Position numbers and translations under genes: made by a program. Positions 36,367-45,915 of a stretch of DNA of 64,000 bases are shown here, piece after piece. The stretch covers positions 92 to 64,091 of the forward strand of contig WJIR01000314.1 in assembly GCA_014730175.1 (NCBI GenBank). The letters are read 5' to 3'. The notes beneath the pieces are model-generated. The model did no database searches, was not told the origin of the DNA, and worked only from the letters and a program-made list of their open reading frames with translations. Positions within the stretch are counted from its first letter, which is position 1, and each line of letters starts with the position of its first letter. Source of the stretch: Candidatus Zixiibacteriota bacterium. Its GTDB lineage: Bacteria; Zixibacteria; MSB-5A5; UM-FILTER-46-8.

Positions 36367-38660
36367 TAGAACTCGATTGATAATCCAAAGTTGGGCAGGA
36401 ACGGAAGCTGGCTAATCGGCGAACGTTCAAGGTATTCCCGATCATATACATAGCTATATACATTTTCTCTATTCATAACATTTATGCCTTCAAGATAAAC
36501 ATTCCAGTCCGTTTGCGCCCATTGAAAATCGTATGAAATCCGTAAATCCAGTCGGCTGTAGAAGGGATACCGAACCCCATTAATCTCACCCCAAACCGGT
36601 ATCCATGGCGTGTCCTCGGAATTTACTCCCGGTTTTCTATCTACCACTTCGGTATACGGATAGCCGGAGCCATAACGATAATGACTCGATATCTCCCAGT
36701 TGTGCGAAATCCTGGCGCTCAAACCCATTGTAAATGAATGTCTTTGATCGTAATTGGGACTGTAGTCTCCCAATGGCGTCTTAAGCTTCGCCTCGGAAAG
36801 CGAGTAGTATGCATAACCATTCAACCAATGCCTGTCATCACTTATAACCGACAATTCCAGCCCTTTAACCCCACCTTCGCCTATGTTTTCCGGAATCAGG
36901 GAATCAGGGGGATTATTATATATAAGATTATCCAGATACTTGTGGTAAAGACTTAGATGAATTTGCCAGTTGCGTTCAGTCTTATATTCGAGATCGAAAA
37001 TATTATGAATTGCTCTCTCGGGGGCAATTTCCGGATTTCGCTGCAATTCCGGAAGGTAGTTCTTTTCCAAAAAGGCGGTATAGGTCGGCGGTTGATAGTA
37101 GATACCGCCAAAGTAGCCGATGTTAAACCTCTCGGTCGGATCAAATACTATCCCCCATCGGGGCGATGCCGTTAAATGATTCGTTAATCCTCCACCGGAA
37201 AACCTGTATCCATGATAAAGCGAGAAATTGCCCGGAAGGTAAAACTCCCCGGATATATAGGATGACCATTTCAAAAAAGACTCATTGATATGAAAATGCT
37301 CCTGAATAGGGCGTACATCCGGGCTGTCCGGCGGACGTTCTTCATCCAGGCTATCCGGAAAACCATAACCGTCCCAATTGACCTGCTCGGTAGAGTATGC
37401 CCCCAGATAACCGACTTTAAACTCTCCTATATCGCTCAAGAAAGTCAACTCGCCTTTTAGCGCGCTTTCCTGTATCAAGCTGTTGTAATTGGCATCGATA
37501 TCGCCATCGAGATTCAAATTCCTCTTCTCGTGTATATGATAAATTTTATGGTCAAGGATTATTCCCTTGTTTTGAAGCGATTTCCAATTGATACAAGCGC
37601 CGCTGGAGTACCCGTCATTGAGCGCAATGGCATTATACGATCTGTCATCCTCCTCGCTCTTCTTCTGGTTAAACCGGAATCCTTCTCCGTTGTACCATCC
37701 GGCAGCATAAAACTGGTTTTTGCTCTTCATTCCAATTGAAAGCTTTCCATAAACATCGTAGAAATGCGGGTAGATGCTGTAAGTGTCTTCATTCTTCAGA
37801 AAAAGATCATAAAAGGTACGTCGGAGTGAAAGAAGGTATGAATTTTGGGACGAACCAATGGGACCTTCAATAATACCGTTTGCCGCTAATGTATTCAGGT
37901 CAAAGAACGGTCTATGCTTTTTTTTTGCGCCGTCACGATACTTAATGTCTAAAACCGCCGACAGGCGTCCTCCATATTCAGCAGGATAGCCTCCCGGATA
38001 TAAGTGTATCCCTTTAACCAAATTGGGATTGAATGCGGACAGTACTCCCAGAGCGCGATAGGGATTATAAGCCGGAACATCATCGACAAATACAATATTG
38101 TGTTCCGGTCCATTACCACGTACATACATCTTCGACGAAAAATCGGAGCGCGATTTAACCTGTGGCATTTCTTGCACTTGCCTGAGAAGATCATCTACCA
38201 TGCCGGGATGATCCGATAATTCCTGTACATTCACGCGCTGAGCTGTTTGCCCAATATCGGGGCGAGTCGGTTTGTCGCTGCTTCCGGTCACTTTTACTTC
38301 CGCCATCGGCAGCGGAGCTTCGGTCAGATATATATTTAGGGGAATCGCATTCCCGCTGGTGATTTCTACCTGATTGTGCCGCGATTTATAACCTATCAGG
38401 TCAGCCTTTATCGTATATTTGCCATCGGATTCGATATTCAGTCGGTATTCGCCCGATTCATTTGAAATTGTTTTGTATTCGGTTCCCTCAGCTTCAACCA
38501 CTGCATAGGCTATCGGCTCTCCGCTATTAGCGCTGAAAATCCTGCCATATATTAACGCGGCATCAGCAATATTTGATAAAAAAGCGATAGATAAGAATAA
38601 AAGTACAAAACTGAGAACAACCTTTGCGTAGTCATTATGCATGTTTATAATTCTTTTCAC
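36366..38660 (-). CDS. TonB-dependent-receptor-like outer membrane protein with an N-terminal carboxypeptidase-regulatory-like domain
   Basis: Signal peptide; a CarbopepD_reg-like beta sandwich (IYGRIFSANSGEPIAYAVVEAEGTEYKTISNESGEYRL); a plug/barrel-sized remainder ending in the aromatic terminal residue …LSIEF. Confidence 0.7.
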   Translation of the reverse strand: MKRIINMHNDYAKVVLSFVLLFLSIAFLSNIADAALIYGRIFSANSGEPIAYAVVEAEGTEYKTISNESGEYRLNIESDGKYTIKADLIGYKSRHNQVEITSGNAIPLNIYLTEAPLPMAEVKVTGSSDKPTRPDIGQTAQRVNVQELSDHPGMVDDLLRQVQEMPQVKSRSDFSSKMYVRGNGPEHNIVFVDDVPAYNPYRALGVLSAFNPNLVKGIHLYPGGYPAEYGGRLSAVLDIKYRDGAKKKHRPFFDLNTLAANGIIEGPIGSSQNSYLLSLRRTFYDLFLKNEDTYSIYPHFYDVYGKLSIGMKSKNQFYAAGWYNGEGFRFNQKKSEEDDRSYNAIALNDGYSSGACINWKSLQNKGIILDHKIYHIHEKRNLNLDGDIDANYNSLIQESALKGELTFLSDIGEFKVGYLGAYSTEQVNWDGYGFPDSLDEERPPDSPDVRPIQEHFHINESFLKWSSYISGEFYLPGNFSLYHGYRFSGGGLTNHLTASPRWGIVFDPTERFNIGYFGGIYYQPPTYTAFLEKNYLPELQRNPEIAPERAIHNIFDLEYKTERNWQIHLSLYHKYLDNLIYNNPPDSLIPENIGEGGVKGLELSVISDDRHWLNGYAYYSLSEAKLKTPLGDYSPNYDQRHSFTMGLSARISHNWEISSHYRYGSGYPYTEVVDRKPGVNSEDTPWIPVWGEINGVRYPFYSRLDLRISYDFQWAQTDWNVYLEGINVMNRENVYSYVYDREYLERSPISQLPFLPNFGLSIEF

Positions 38661-38854
38661 CTCAATTAGTTACAGAAGAATTTATTGGTTTCCCCCTATA
38701 ACAGCGCAAAGCCCATACCGTAGCTGCCCTTTTCTTGAGCGTTGTATCTTCTTGTATTCGAGGGGATTATGGTTGATGTCGAAGGGTCGGTAATTGAACG
38801 GCTCTCGATGATGCAGTTATACTGCAATCAGTTGCATGGCTCAGCTCGCATAGT

Positions 38855-39009
38855 TCATTAATACCAATAATCCGTAGTCGAAGGCTTGTCCTTCGGGGAT
38901 TATCATGTAGGCGCGTCGATCTTACTTTCTCATTCAACGCCCTAAAGTGGGTAATGAAACAAACTGCAGGGCTTCTGCTATCAGCTACGAAGTTTGCGAA
39001 TAATACAGG
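38855..39009 (+). repeat. MITE-like repeat, copy C (divergent full-length copy)
   Basis: Shares AATCCGTAGTCGAAGGCTTGTCCTTCGG near the 5' end and GGCTTCTGCTATCAGCTACGAAGTTTGCGAATAATACAGG at the 3' end with copies A and B. The length and orientation are the same. Confidence 0.5.
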
Positions 39010-39302
39010 ATCGATATCTATCAGATTGTTTGCATCATCTAAGCGCCCTACTTCAGGTTATGACTCATAAGTCGATAATAGCATTAGGGATTGGAGCTAC
39101 CGATTATTATAGGATTTTGCTCCATTGAATAAGGATTTAGTTATTTGACAGGTTGTAGTATGTATACTATTAAGCGCCCTTCACAAATCCGATCAATATT
39201 AACATCACCACCAAATAAATGGCAGACCATTCACCTCAAACTGAGATATTCGGGCTTAACTCCGATTTTCATCGATTATGAAGGGAGGATGAGTAAAAAG
39301 TT

Positions 39303-39890
39303 ATGAATACGCCTATAGTGGTATTCCGATGTGATTTCATCAAAACCGATAATGGCAGGATTGATAGGGCTCAGAAATGCATGGAGCTTGCTTTATGTTT
39401 AAGGGAGAATTATGGAATTAACAGTAGATTCATAGTTCAGGACCTCAATGGTGAACCGCCGCCGGTACTCGAACACAAATTCGCAGTTCATTTGATACCG
39501 CCATTTATGAATTGGGAAGGAACAGCTTCCAAAATCATAAAAAAACTATCTCCGGAGCTATTGATCGTAAATCTCGATGTACCGGTGGGGAGTTTTATGA
39601 ACCTCTTAGCCCGAAGATGTCCCCTGCTTAAAACAATCAACATTGATGCTAAGGGCAACGGAAGTGAGTATTCTCCAATCCGGGTCAATTCCAGCAATAG
39701 ATTTTCAAAATTCGTATTCAAACTTGATAATGAAGCGAATGTAAAAGAAGCGGCGGGTGCAATCAATAGCATAATATTCGATAAACAGATTGAGAAAAAA
39801 AGGATTGATACCGATAAAGTAAAGAGACGGATGATCTTCGCTGCGGCGGGATTATCTGGTGAACTCCGACAGCTCAGAAAGATGAAGTAA
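39303..39890 (+). CDS. hypothetical protein resembling the N-terminal (Rossmann) half of SpsG/PseG-type GT-B enzymes
   Basis: IVVFRCDFIKTDNGRIDRAQKCMELALCLRE resembles the PseG/SpsG N-terminus (…FRxDxSxxIGxGHxMRCLxLAxxL). At 195 aa it lacks a C-terminal GT-B domain. Confidence 0.35.
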   Translation: MNTPIVVFRCDFIKTDNGRIDRAQKCMELALCLRENYGINSRFIVQDLNGEPPPVLEHKFAVHLIPPFMNWEGTASKIIKKLSPELLIVNLDVPVGSFMNLLARRCPLLKTINIDAKGNGSEYSPIRVNSSNRFSKFVFKLDNEANVKEAAGAINSIIFDKQIEKKRIDTDKVKRRMIFAAAGLSGELRQLRKMK

Positions 39891-39891
39891 T

Positions 39892-40800
39892 TTGGAAGTA
39901 TGCGAGATGGACTCAAGCTCCGGAAAATATTCAAAATGCCGATTTGTGGTTATAGCCGATAGCTTCAGCCGGGATTTGCTCCGGAAGTATCTTGAAAGCC
40001 AGGGATTATTGGTTATTGCGCTGGATAGCGGTACTCCGTGGACTGAAATAATAAAGAAAGTTAAGTTACACCACGCAACATCTCTGGTAACCGTAAACTG
40101 CAGTCATATCAATTCGGCTCCGAAAAATGAGCTGAATGATATCCAATGGCTAAACCTTCACTTCGGTAAGTTACCGGACTACAAGGGGAAAATGCCGGTT
40201 CAACGAGCTATCTTAAACGGAGAAATGGAGATAGGCATCACCCTTCACACCATTGATATGGCAAAATCCTGTATCGGCATTGTCGATGTCGCCACCACGC
40301 CGATTTTCAGAGAGGACACGGCGGCATCCCTTTACAGCAGATGTTCGGAAATCGCAGAACGAATGATTAAGAAGCATTCATACAGCTTGATAAACTGCGC
40401 CATTCTCGAAAGTCAAAGGATCGCATTTGAGAGTAGAAATTGGTCAGAAGGGATTCCTCTGCCCGATAGAATAAATTGGGAAAAAACAGCCCATAATATC
40501 TACAACCTGATTAGAGCATTCAATCTACCCGCATACGGTGCAAAGAGCTCGTTGCGTGGCGCCGGGATAACCATCTGGTCATCAGAAATTGCCAGTCCTT
40601 TCAATCCCGAAGTTTCGCCCGGGATGATTTTGGATATCGGCGAAGATATGCACTTGGAGGTTGCTACCGGCAGCGGTATCCTACGGCTTCTTGATTTCGC
40701 TTTCGATGAGGATATTAAGCCCTCACCAGGGGATTGTTTTAGCAGTGATAAAGACTATTTTTCGCCATTTAATGAAAGGATTCCTGTTTGCGCAAATTGA
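39892..40800 (+). CDS. formyltransferase-family protein (Fmt/ArnA-N-like; sugar N-formyltransferase candidate)
   Basis: Has the core NLHFGKLPDYKGKMPVQRAILNGEMEIGITLHTIDMAKSCIGIVD, i.e. the formyltransferase catalytic Asn/His/Asp region (HxSLLPxxRG…G…TGVTxH…D-GxI). It sits in a sugar-modification operon. Confidence 0.7.
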   Translation: MEVCEMDSSSGKYSKCRFVVIADSFSRDLLRKYLESQGLLVIALDSGTPWTEIIKKVKLHHATSLVTVNCSHINSAPKNELNDIQWLNLHFGKLPDYKGKMPVQRAILNGEMEIGITLHTIDMAKSCIGIVDVATTPIFREDTAASLYSRCSEIAERMIKKHSYSLINCAILESQRIAFESRNWSEGIPLPDRINWEKTAHNIYNLIRAFNLPAYGAKSSLRGAGITIWSSEIASPFNPEVSPGMILDIGEDMHLEVATGSGILRLLDFAFDEDIKPSPGDCFSSDKDYFSPFNERIPVCAN

Positions 40801-42149
40801 GATTGTCAGCGCCGGACACTACGAATTCGAATCGGAGGAAACCGACCGGCGAAACACTTCCACCGAAATATAGCGGCAGACCTGCAGGGGAAAAGCGCTT
40901 TTTCAATCGCATGAATCAGGTTGACCGGTCGTTGATCGAAGAGTGCAATGAATTGCTCAGGTCCAATAGCATCGGCGCCGGTTTGAAGATCAGAAAGTTG
41001 GAAAGCCACCTGACAGAATCCTTTCAGGTGCCGTATGCCAGAGCCGTCATCACCGGGGCGGCGGCGCTTCACTTGATACTGCTGTCTCAGGATATCGGAT
41101 TCGGTGATGAAGTAATAATCTCCGCGCTTTCCCCGCCGTATCTTGCCAATTGCATAGTGCAGTCAGGAGCTAAGCCGATTTTGCTCGATGTGAAATCCAA
41201 TGGTTTCAACATGGATCCTGAACGAATTGAGCCTGCAATTACACCGAATACTCGAGCTATCGTGGTGGTGCATTCGGGCGGAGTTCCAAGCGATCCGGAG
41301 ACGATCTACAGAATCGGCGCGAAGCATGATCTTCGCATTATCGAGGACGCATCACTGGCAGTGGGAAGCGAGTACAAGGGGAAGAAAATCGGTAGTTTCG
41401 GAAATTTCACTTATTTTTCGCTATCCAAAATGCAAAAGGGAGGACTCTGCCCGGGAGGCGTGATTATCGGTGCCGAGAGTGATGCTTTCGACAATATCGA
41501 CAGAATGCTTAATGATGGGATCGATTTCCGTACGCTTCAATCAGCCGGGGCTGATTGCGAAATTGCTTGCTGCGGCTACGAGTACGCTTCCAACGATTTA
41601 GCTGCCGCAATCTTCCTGCATCAATTTATGAAATTGGAGGAACTTATCGGAGCAAGGAAGAAACATGCAAAACATTATGAGCAAGAGCTGAGGGAAATTG
41701 AGGGTTTGGTTTTGCCTGAGGAGAAACCAGGTAATCGAAATAGCTGGTTTAATTACCCGGTAATAGTTGACCATACGATTTATCCATTAAGCAAAACTGA
41801 TCTCCGGGATTACCTCGTAGCTGAAAATTTGGAAATAGAATCGGAAGTTATTAAGCCGTTGCATTTACATAAATATTATAGAAACAGGTTTGGATATTCT
41901 GCCGGGGATTTTCCAAATGCCGAGAATAACTGGAATAATTCGATTTTTCTTCCGACTAATCCCGGTTTAAAGGATAAAGATATCTCGGATATAGTGACGG
42001 CATTGAAGAGGATATTGAAATATTATAGAATTCAGAATCGGAGGAGACATGATATCGGTACTTATACAGACGGAGATAGAATCAAAGAATTCGCCGAACC
42101 TCTGCATGCACCCAATTTTGGGACGTCCGATAATAGAGCTGATTATTGA
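40788..42149 (+). CDS. DegT/DnrJ/EryC1/StrS-family PLP-dependent sugar aminotransferase (SpsC-like)
   Basis: GDEVIISALSPPYLANCIVQSGAKPILLDV…HSGGVPSD…IIEDASLAVGSEYKGKKIGSFGNFTYFSLSKMQKGGL places the PLP Lys in SLSK. The first ~40 codons overlap the upstream gene, so the real start is probably the Met at about 40911. The C-terminal 33 codons overlap the next gene. Confidence 0.75.
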   Translation: MRKLRLSAPDTTNSNRRKPTGETLPPKYSGRPAGEKRFFNRMNQVDRSLIEECNELLRSNSIGAGLKIRKLESHLTESFQVPYARAVITGAAALHLILLSQDIGFGDEVIISALSPPYLANCIVQSGAKPILLDVKSNGFNMDPERIEPAITPNTRAIVVVHSGGVPSDPETIYRIGAKHDLRIIEDASLAVGSEYKGKKIGSFGNFTYFSLSKMQKGGLCPGGVIIGAESDAFDNIDRMLNDGIDFRTLQSAGADCEIACCGYEYASNDLAAAIFLHQFMKLEELIGARKKHAKHYEQELREIEGLVLPEEKPGNRNSWFNYPVIVDHTIYPLSKTDLRDYLVAENLEIESEVIKPLHLHKYYRNRFGYSAGDFPNAENNWNNSIFLPTNPGLKDKDISDIVTALKRILKYYRIQNRRRHDIGTYTDGDRIKEFAEPLHAPNFGTSDNRADY

Positions 42150-42792
42150 AAGGCTACGATCTTGTAATGGAATTGATAGAATAGTTGTCGTTGGCGGCCG
42201 TTCGGAGGAGTATGACGAACTCCAATCATTGTGCGATATTCTTGATGTTCCTATCTATCGCGAAGACGATTATGGAATGCTGAGGAAACTGTATAATGCT
42301 TCCAAGAGCTTTGATAGTGAAGCGATGGTCAGAGTTTTAGCTAATTACCCCTTGGTGGACCCTAACCTCGTAGATGATGTCGTTAATCTCTATTTGAATA
42401 ACAGGAAGAAGTACGATTATTGCAGCAATATTAATCCGCGGACATTTCCGAGGGGCCTTGAGGTAGAGTTGTATCCGGTTCAGACCATGGAGAAACTTTT
42501 CAACTGCTGTGATGATAACCTCTCTATGGACGAGTATCCGAAAGTCCTGCTGAAGAATCCCGAGGAGTTCCGGATCGGGAATGTATCCGATGGGATTAAT
42601 CGTTCGATGATGCGTTGGGTGGTTGAGAATCTCGATGATATAAAGTTTGTCACCGAAATATACAAAGCGCTTTACAGTCCGGGAGACTGTTTCGGTAGAG
42701 ATGAGGTCTTCAGACTATTAAGAGAGCATCCGGAACTGATGGCGATAAATGCCGAAGAAAAGACAACAGGTGTCAAACTAAAAAACGCTTAA
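42049..42792 (+). CDS. SpsF/PseF-like cytidylyltransferase (acylneuraminate cytidylyltransferase family)
   Basis: …ANYPLVDPNLVDDVV…RTFPRGLEVELY…MRWVVENLDDIKFVTEIY lines up with SpsF (…CPLIDPEVIDRV…RTYPRGLDTEVF…LRWTVDTEEDLEFVRAIY). Confidence 0.7.
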   Translation: MISVLIQTEIESKNSPNLCMHPILGRPIIELIIERLRSCNGIDRIVVVGGRSEEYDELQSLCDILDVPIYREDDYGMLRKLYNASKSFDSEAMVRVLANYPLVDPNLVDDVVNLYLNNRKKYDYCSNINPRTFPRGLEVELYPVQTMEKLFNCCDDNLSMDEYPKVLLKNPEEFRIGNVSDGINRSMMRWVVENLDDIKFVTEIYKALYSPGDCFGRDEVFRLLREHPELMAINAEEKTTGVKLKNA

Positions 42793-42846
42793 GGCTGTGT
42801 TTATATTTCCGACTATATAAAAGAAGGTTTTATTGGAGGGATGTGG

Positions 42847-42890
42847 GGCGGAAGCGGAGCCCGGCGGCTCCGCTTCTTTGTCTCCGCCAA
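42847..42890 (+). terminator. intrinsic terminator after the sugar-modification genes
   Basis: GAAGCGGAGCC-CGGC-GGCTCCGCTTC, an 11 bp perfect stem, followed by TTTGTCTCC; the outer GGCGG…CCGCC extends the stem. Confidence 0.55.
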
Positions 42891-43156
42891 GTACGATATA
42901 AATCCCTCGATTGTAAGAATATTGTAATATCCGGGTAGTTCAAAATAAACCAAATTTGCAAGCACTTTCAACAATTGAACATTCAAATGCCGCGTTCTTC
43001 AGTCGAAAAACAATATACGGTTTCCGGAGGACCCGGAATAATCAACGGAATTTTAAGGAATATAGAAATTTGGTGGGAATTATCTCAAAGAATATATAAA
43101 AATCACTATGTTCTGTCGAAAGGGACTTTCAAACTAAAAAATAGTGGCGGGTAAAC

Positions 43157-44572
43157 ATGATTAAAGAGAATTTGCTATTGTTAAGGCGTCTACATTTAGC
43201 GGCAGACCTAACACTGACAGCTCTGGCATTCTGCATTAGCTTCCTTATATTTTTCACAATCGATTCAAATCCTTACGGTGTACTTCAGGACTTTCAAGCT
43301 AACCTTCATTTATTGATCCTGATCATACCGTTGTGGTTGGTCTTTCTGATTAAATCCCCTAAAGCGTATGAATACAGGATGAAGTCGTACCCATTTATCC
43401 TTATGGAAGCGCTTAAGCCCTGCTTGATGGCTTCTGGAGTCTTAATCGGATATTTGATGCTTACCGGTGAATTGGTTCCGATTCGAAACCATATTATTCT
43501 ATTTATTATTTTAGACATTTTATTCCTACAATTGTTCAGGCGGTTCATTCAGCGCATGTTGCAGCATTTCCGCATGCGCGGTAATAATCAGAAAAATATC
43601 CTGATAGTCGGTACCGGCAGGCAAGCATGCGAGTTTTTCGATTTAGCCAAAGCCAACAGCCAATGGGGTATTAACGTATTAGGTTTTGTTTCGGAAAATG
43701 GTGATCGTCCGTATAACGGTAAGTCAAGCCTGGTGATCGATAAATTACCGAACCTCTCACATATTTTAAACCGCAATCCCGTGGATGAAGTCTATATAGG
43801 GCTTCCGATGAAGTCGTTTCATAAGGTGGAGGATGTTATCGCTCAGTGCAGGGAGCAAGGAATAACGGCGCATGTTGCTACCGAATTCTCCAATACTCCG
43901 GTTCCTTATCTTTCCAGTGATCTCCTTGGAGCGCCGGTACTCAGCTTTTATTCCGTATCCCGCAAGATAACTCCGGTATTCTGCAAGAGGGTTCTGGATA
44001 TAATTGCGTCAGGGATACTTCTAATTCTCCTGGCGCCAGTCTTTGCGCTGGTTGCAATTGCAATAAAAATCGACTCCAGAGGACCTGTATTTTATCGGTG
44101 GAGAGTGGTTGGACACAATCGCAAAGCGTTTACCGGCTACAAATTTCGCAGTATGGTAACAAATGCTGACGAGATAAAAGTTAAACTGATGGAAAAAAAC
44201 GAAATGAAGGGCGTTGTTTTCAAAATGAAAAGTGACCCGCGTATAACGTTTGTCGGAAGATTCCTGCGCAAGTATTCTATCGATGAACTTCCACAATTGT
44301 ATAATGTCTTCAAAGGCGACATGTCGCTGGTCGGACCTCGCCCACCGCTGCAAACAGAAGTAGAAAGTTTCGCGAACTGGCATCGAAGAAAACTATCGGT
44401 CAAGCCGGGTATTACATGCCTATGGCAGGTCTCGGGAAGAAATCGTATAAACAATTTCGATGACTGGGTCAAACTCGACCTGGAGTATATCGATAAATGG
44501 TCACTATGGTTGGATTTCAAGATATTAGCTCGCACTATCCCCGCGGTGTTTACCGGTAAAGGGGCGAGTTAA
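43157..44572 (+). CDS. polyprenyl-phosphate sugar-1-phosphate transferase (WbaP/WcaJ/EpsL 'bacterial sugar transferase' family)
   Basis: Has N-terminal TM helices, a Rossmann-like linker, and the C-terminal catalytic domain …RWRVVGHNRKAFTGYKFRSMVTNAD…PRITFVGRFLRKYSIDELPQLYNVFKGDMSLVGPRPP. Confidence 0.85.
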   Translation: MIKENLLLLRRLHLAADLTLTALAFCISFLIFFTIDSNPYGVLQDFQANLHLLILIIPLWLVFLIKSPKAYEYRMKSYPFILMEALKPCLMASGVLIGYLMLTGELVPIRNHIILFIILDILFLQLFRRFIQRMLQHFRMRGNNQKNILIVGTGRQACEFFDLAKANSQWGINVLGFVSENGDRPYNGKSSLVIDKLPNLSHILNRNPVDEVYIGLPMKSFHKVEDVIAQCREQGITAHVATEFSNTPVPYLSSDLLGAPVLSFYSVSRKITPVFCKRVLDIIASGILLILLAPVFALVAIAIKIDSRGPVFYRWRVVGHNRKAFTGYKFRSMVTNADEIKVKLMEKNEMKGVVFKMKSDPRITFVGRFLRKYSIDELPQLYNVFKGDMSLVGPRPPLQTEVESFANWHRRKLSVKPGITCLWQVSGRNRINNFDDWVKLDLEYIDKWSLWLDFKILARTIPAVFTGKGAS

Positions 44573-44599
44573 CGGTTCGATATTGCCAGTCATTGCCTG

Positions 44600-45769
44600 T
44601 TAAATTATCATTGCAAAATAACTTGAAACTATACCAGCCGCTCTGGCGTACGCGCCCGGCTCTCCCAATAACTCACGGATTTTAAGCGCATTGTTTCGTG
44701 CCTCCTGCCAGGCCGTTCCATCGGTAAACAGCGGCAAGAGCGCATTATACAGGTTTCCGGGATGAGCATCATTCTGTATGAATTCCGGAACCGCTCGTCT
44801 TTCAGCAATTAGATTCACCATAGCGATATATTTCACTCGCACCATGACGCGGGCTATAGCGTAGGTCATCAAGCTGGTTTTGTACATGACGACCTGCGGC
44901 GTGCCATGAAGCGCAGCTTCGACCGTCGTAGTTCCGCTGGTCACCAGGGCGGCATCGGAGGCGAACAAAACATCCGATGAATTCCTTTTTATGATTACAG
45001 GATTGACCGTTCTAAAACTGCTTGTGTTTTCAAACTCATCAATGTTCACATTCGATGACAATGCTATTATTGTTTTCAGTCCTGTAATATCCTTCGCCAG
45101 TAGAGAAGCTGTCCGCAGCATGGTTGGCAGTATCTTTTCAACTTCCTGCTTCCGCGAACCGGGAAACAGACCCAAGGTGGGTGAGTTATTGTCAATCCCT
45201 CGAGAATGTAAAAGAGATATTTTCTTCTCTGCCCTCTGATGCTCGTTTAGCAGAGGGATTCTTTCAACCAAAGGATGTCCAACATATTCAACATCAACGC
45301 CGTGTTGTTTATAGAATTCTTTCTCGAAGGGGAAAATCGTGATCATCTTTTCGGTATATTTTCTGATATCATTCACCCGGCCGGTGCGCCACGCCCAGAC
45401 CTGTGGGCTGATGAAATATATCACTTTGATTCCCAAAGGATGAATCGCTTTCGCTAATCTCAGATTGAAGCCTGAATAATCGACGATTATAACCAGGCTT
45501 ATATCGTTTCCCCGAATATGCTTAACGGTTCTATCCAGCAGTTTCTTGAAGCGGTATAGATTAGCGATTACACCGCCGAATCCCATGACGGAATAATCGC
45601 GATAGTCCTCGATTATTTCAACGCCGGCTGTACGCATTTTATCCCCGCCCATGCCGGTCATTACGATGTCGGGATGAAGCTTCCTGAGCTCCTCCGCCAA
45701 ACCGGCAGCATGCATATCCCCCGATGCTTCTCCAGCGCTGATGTAGATTCTGGGTGGTTTATTTATCAC
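44600..45769 (-). CDS. lpxB: lipid-A-disaccharide synthase
   Basis: PRIYISAGEASGDMHAAGLAEELRKLHPDIVMTGMGGDKM is the LpxB N-terminal signature. Confidence 0.9.
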   Translation of the reverse strand: MINKPPRIYISAGEASGDMHAAGLAEELRKLHPDIVMTGMGGDKMRTAGVEIIEDYRDYSVMGFGGVIANLYRFKKLLDRTVKHIRGNDISLVIIVDYSGFNLRLAKAIHPLGIKVIYFISPQVWAWRTGRVNDIRKYTEKMITIFPFEKEFYKQHGVDVEYVGHPLVERIPLLNEHQRAEKKISLLHSRGIDNNSPTLGLFPGSRKQEVEKILPTMLRTASLLAKDITGLKTIIALSSNVNIDEFENTSSFRTVNPVIIKRNSSDVLFASDAALVTSGTTTVEAALHGTPQVVMYKTSLMTYAIARVMVRVKYIAMVNLIAERRAVPEFIQNDAHPGNLYNALLPLFTDGTAWQEARNNALKIRELLGEPGAYARAAGIVSSYFAMII

Positions 45770-45915
45770 AGTACATTCAATATCTTGACATCACAATTTG
45801 TGATTTCAAAAATGCTGTTTCTTCATCAGACAGTTGGATCATAAAATCTTGAGGAAAGCGTTCAATGCTCCTCTTGACTGTCTGTATTACCTTGATTTCT
45901 CAGACATAATTGCAT

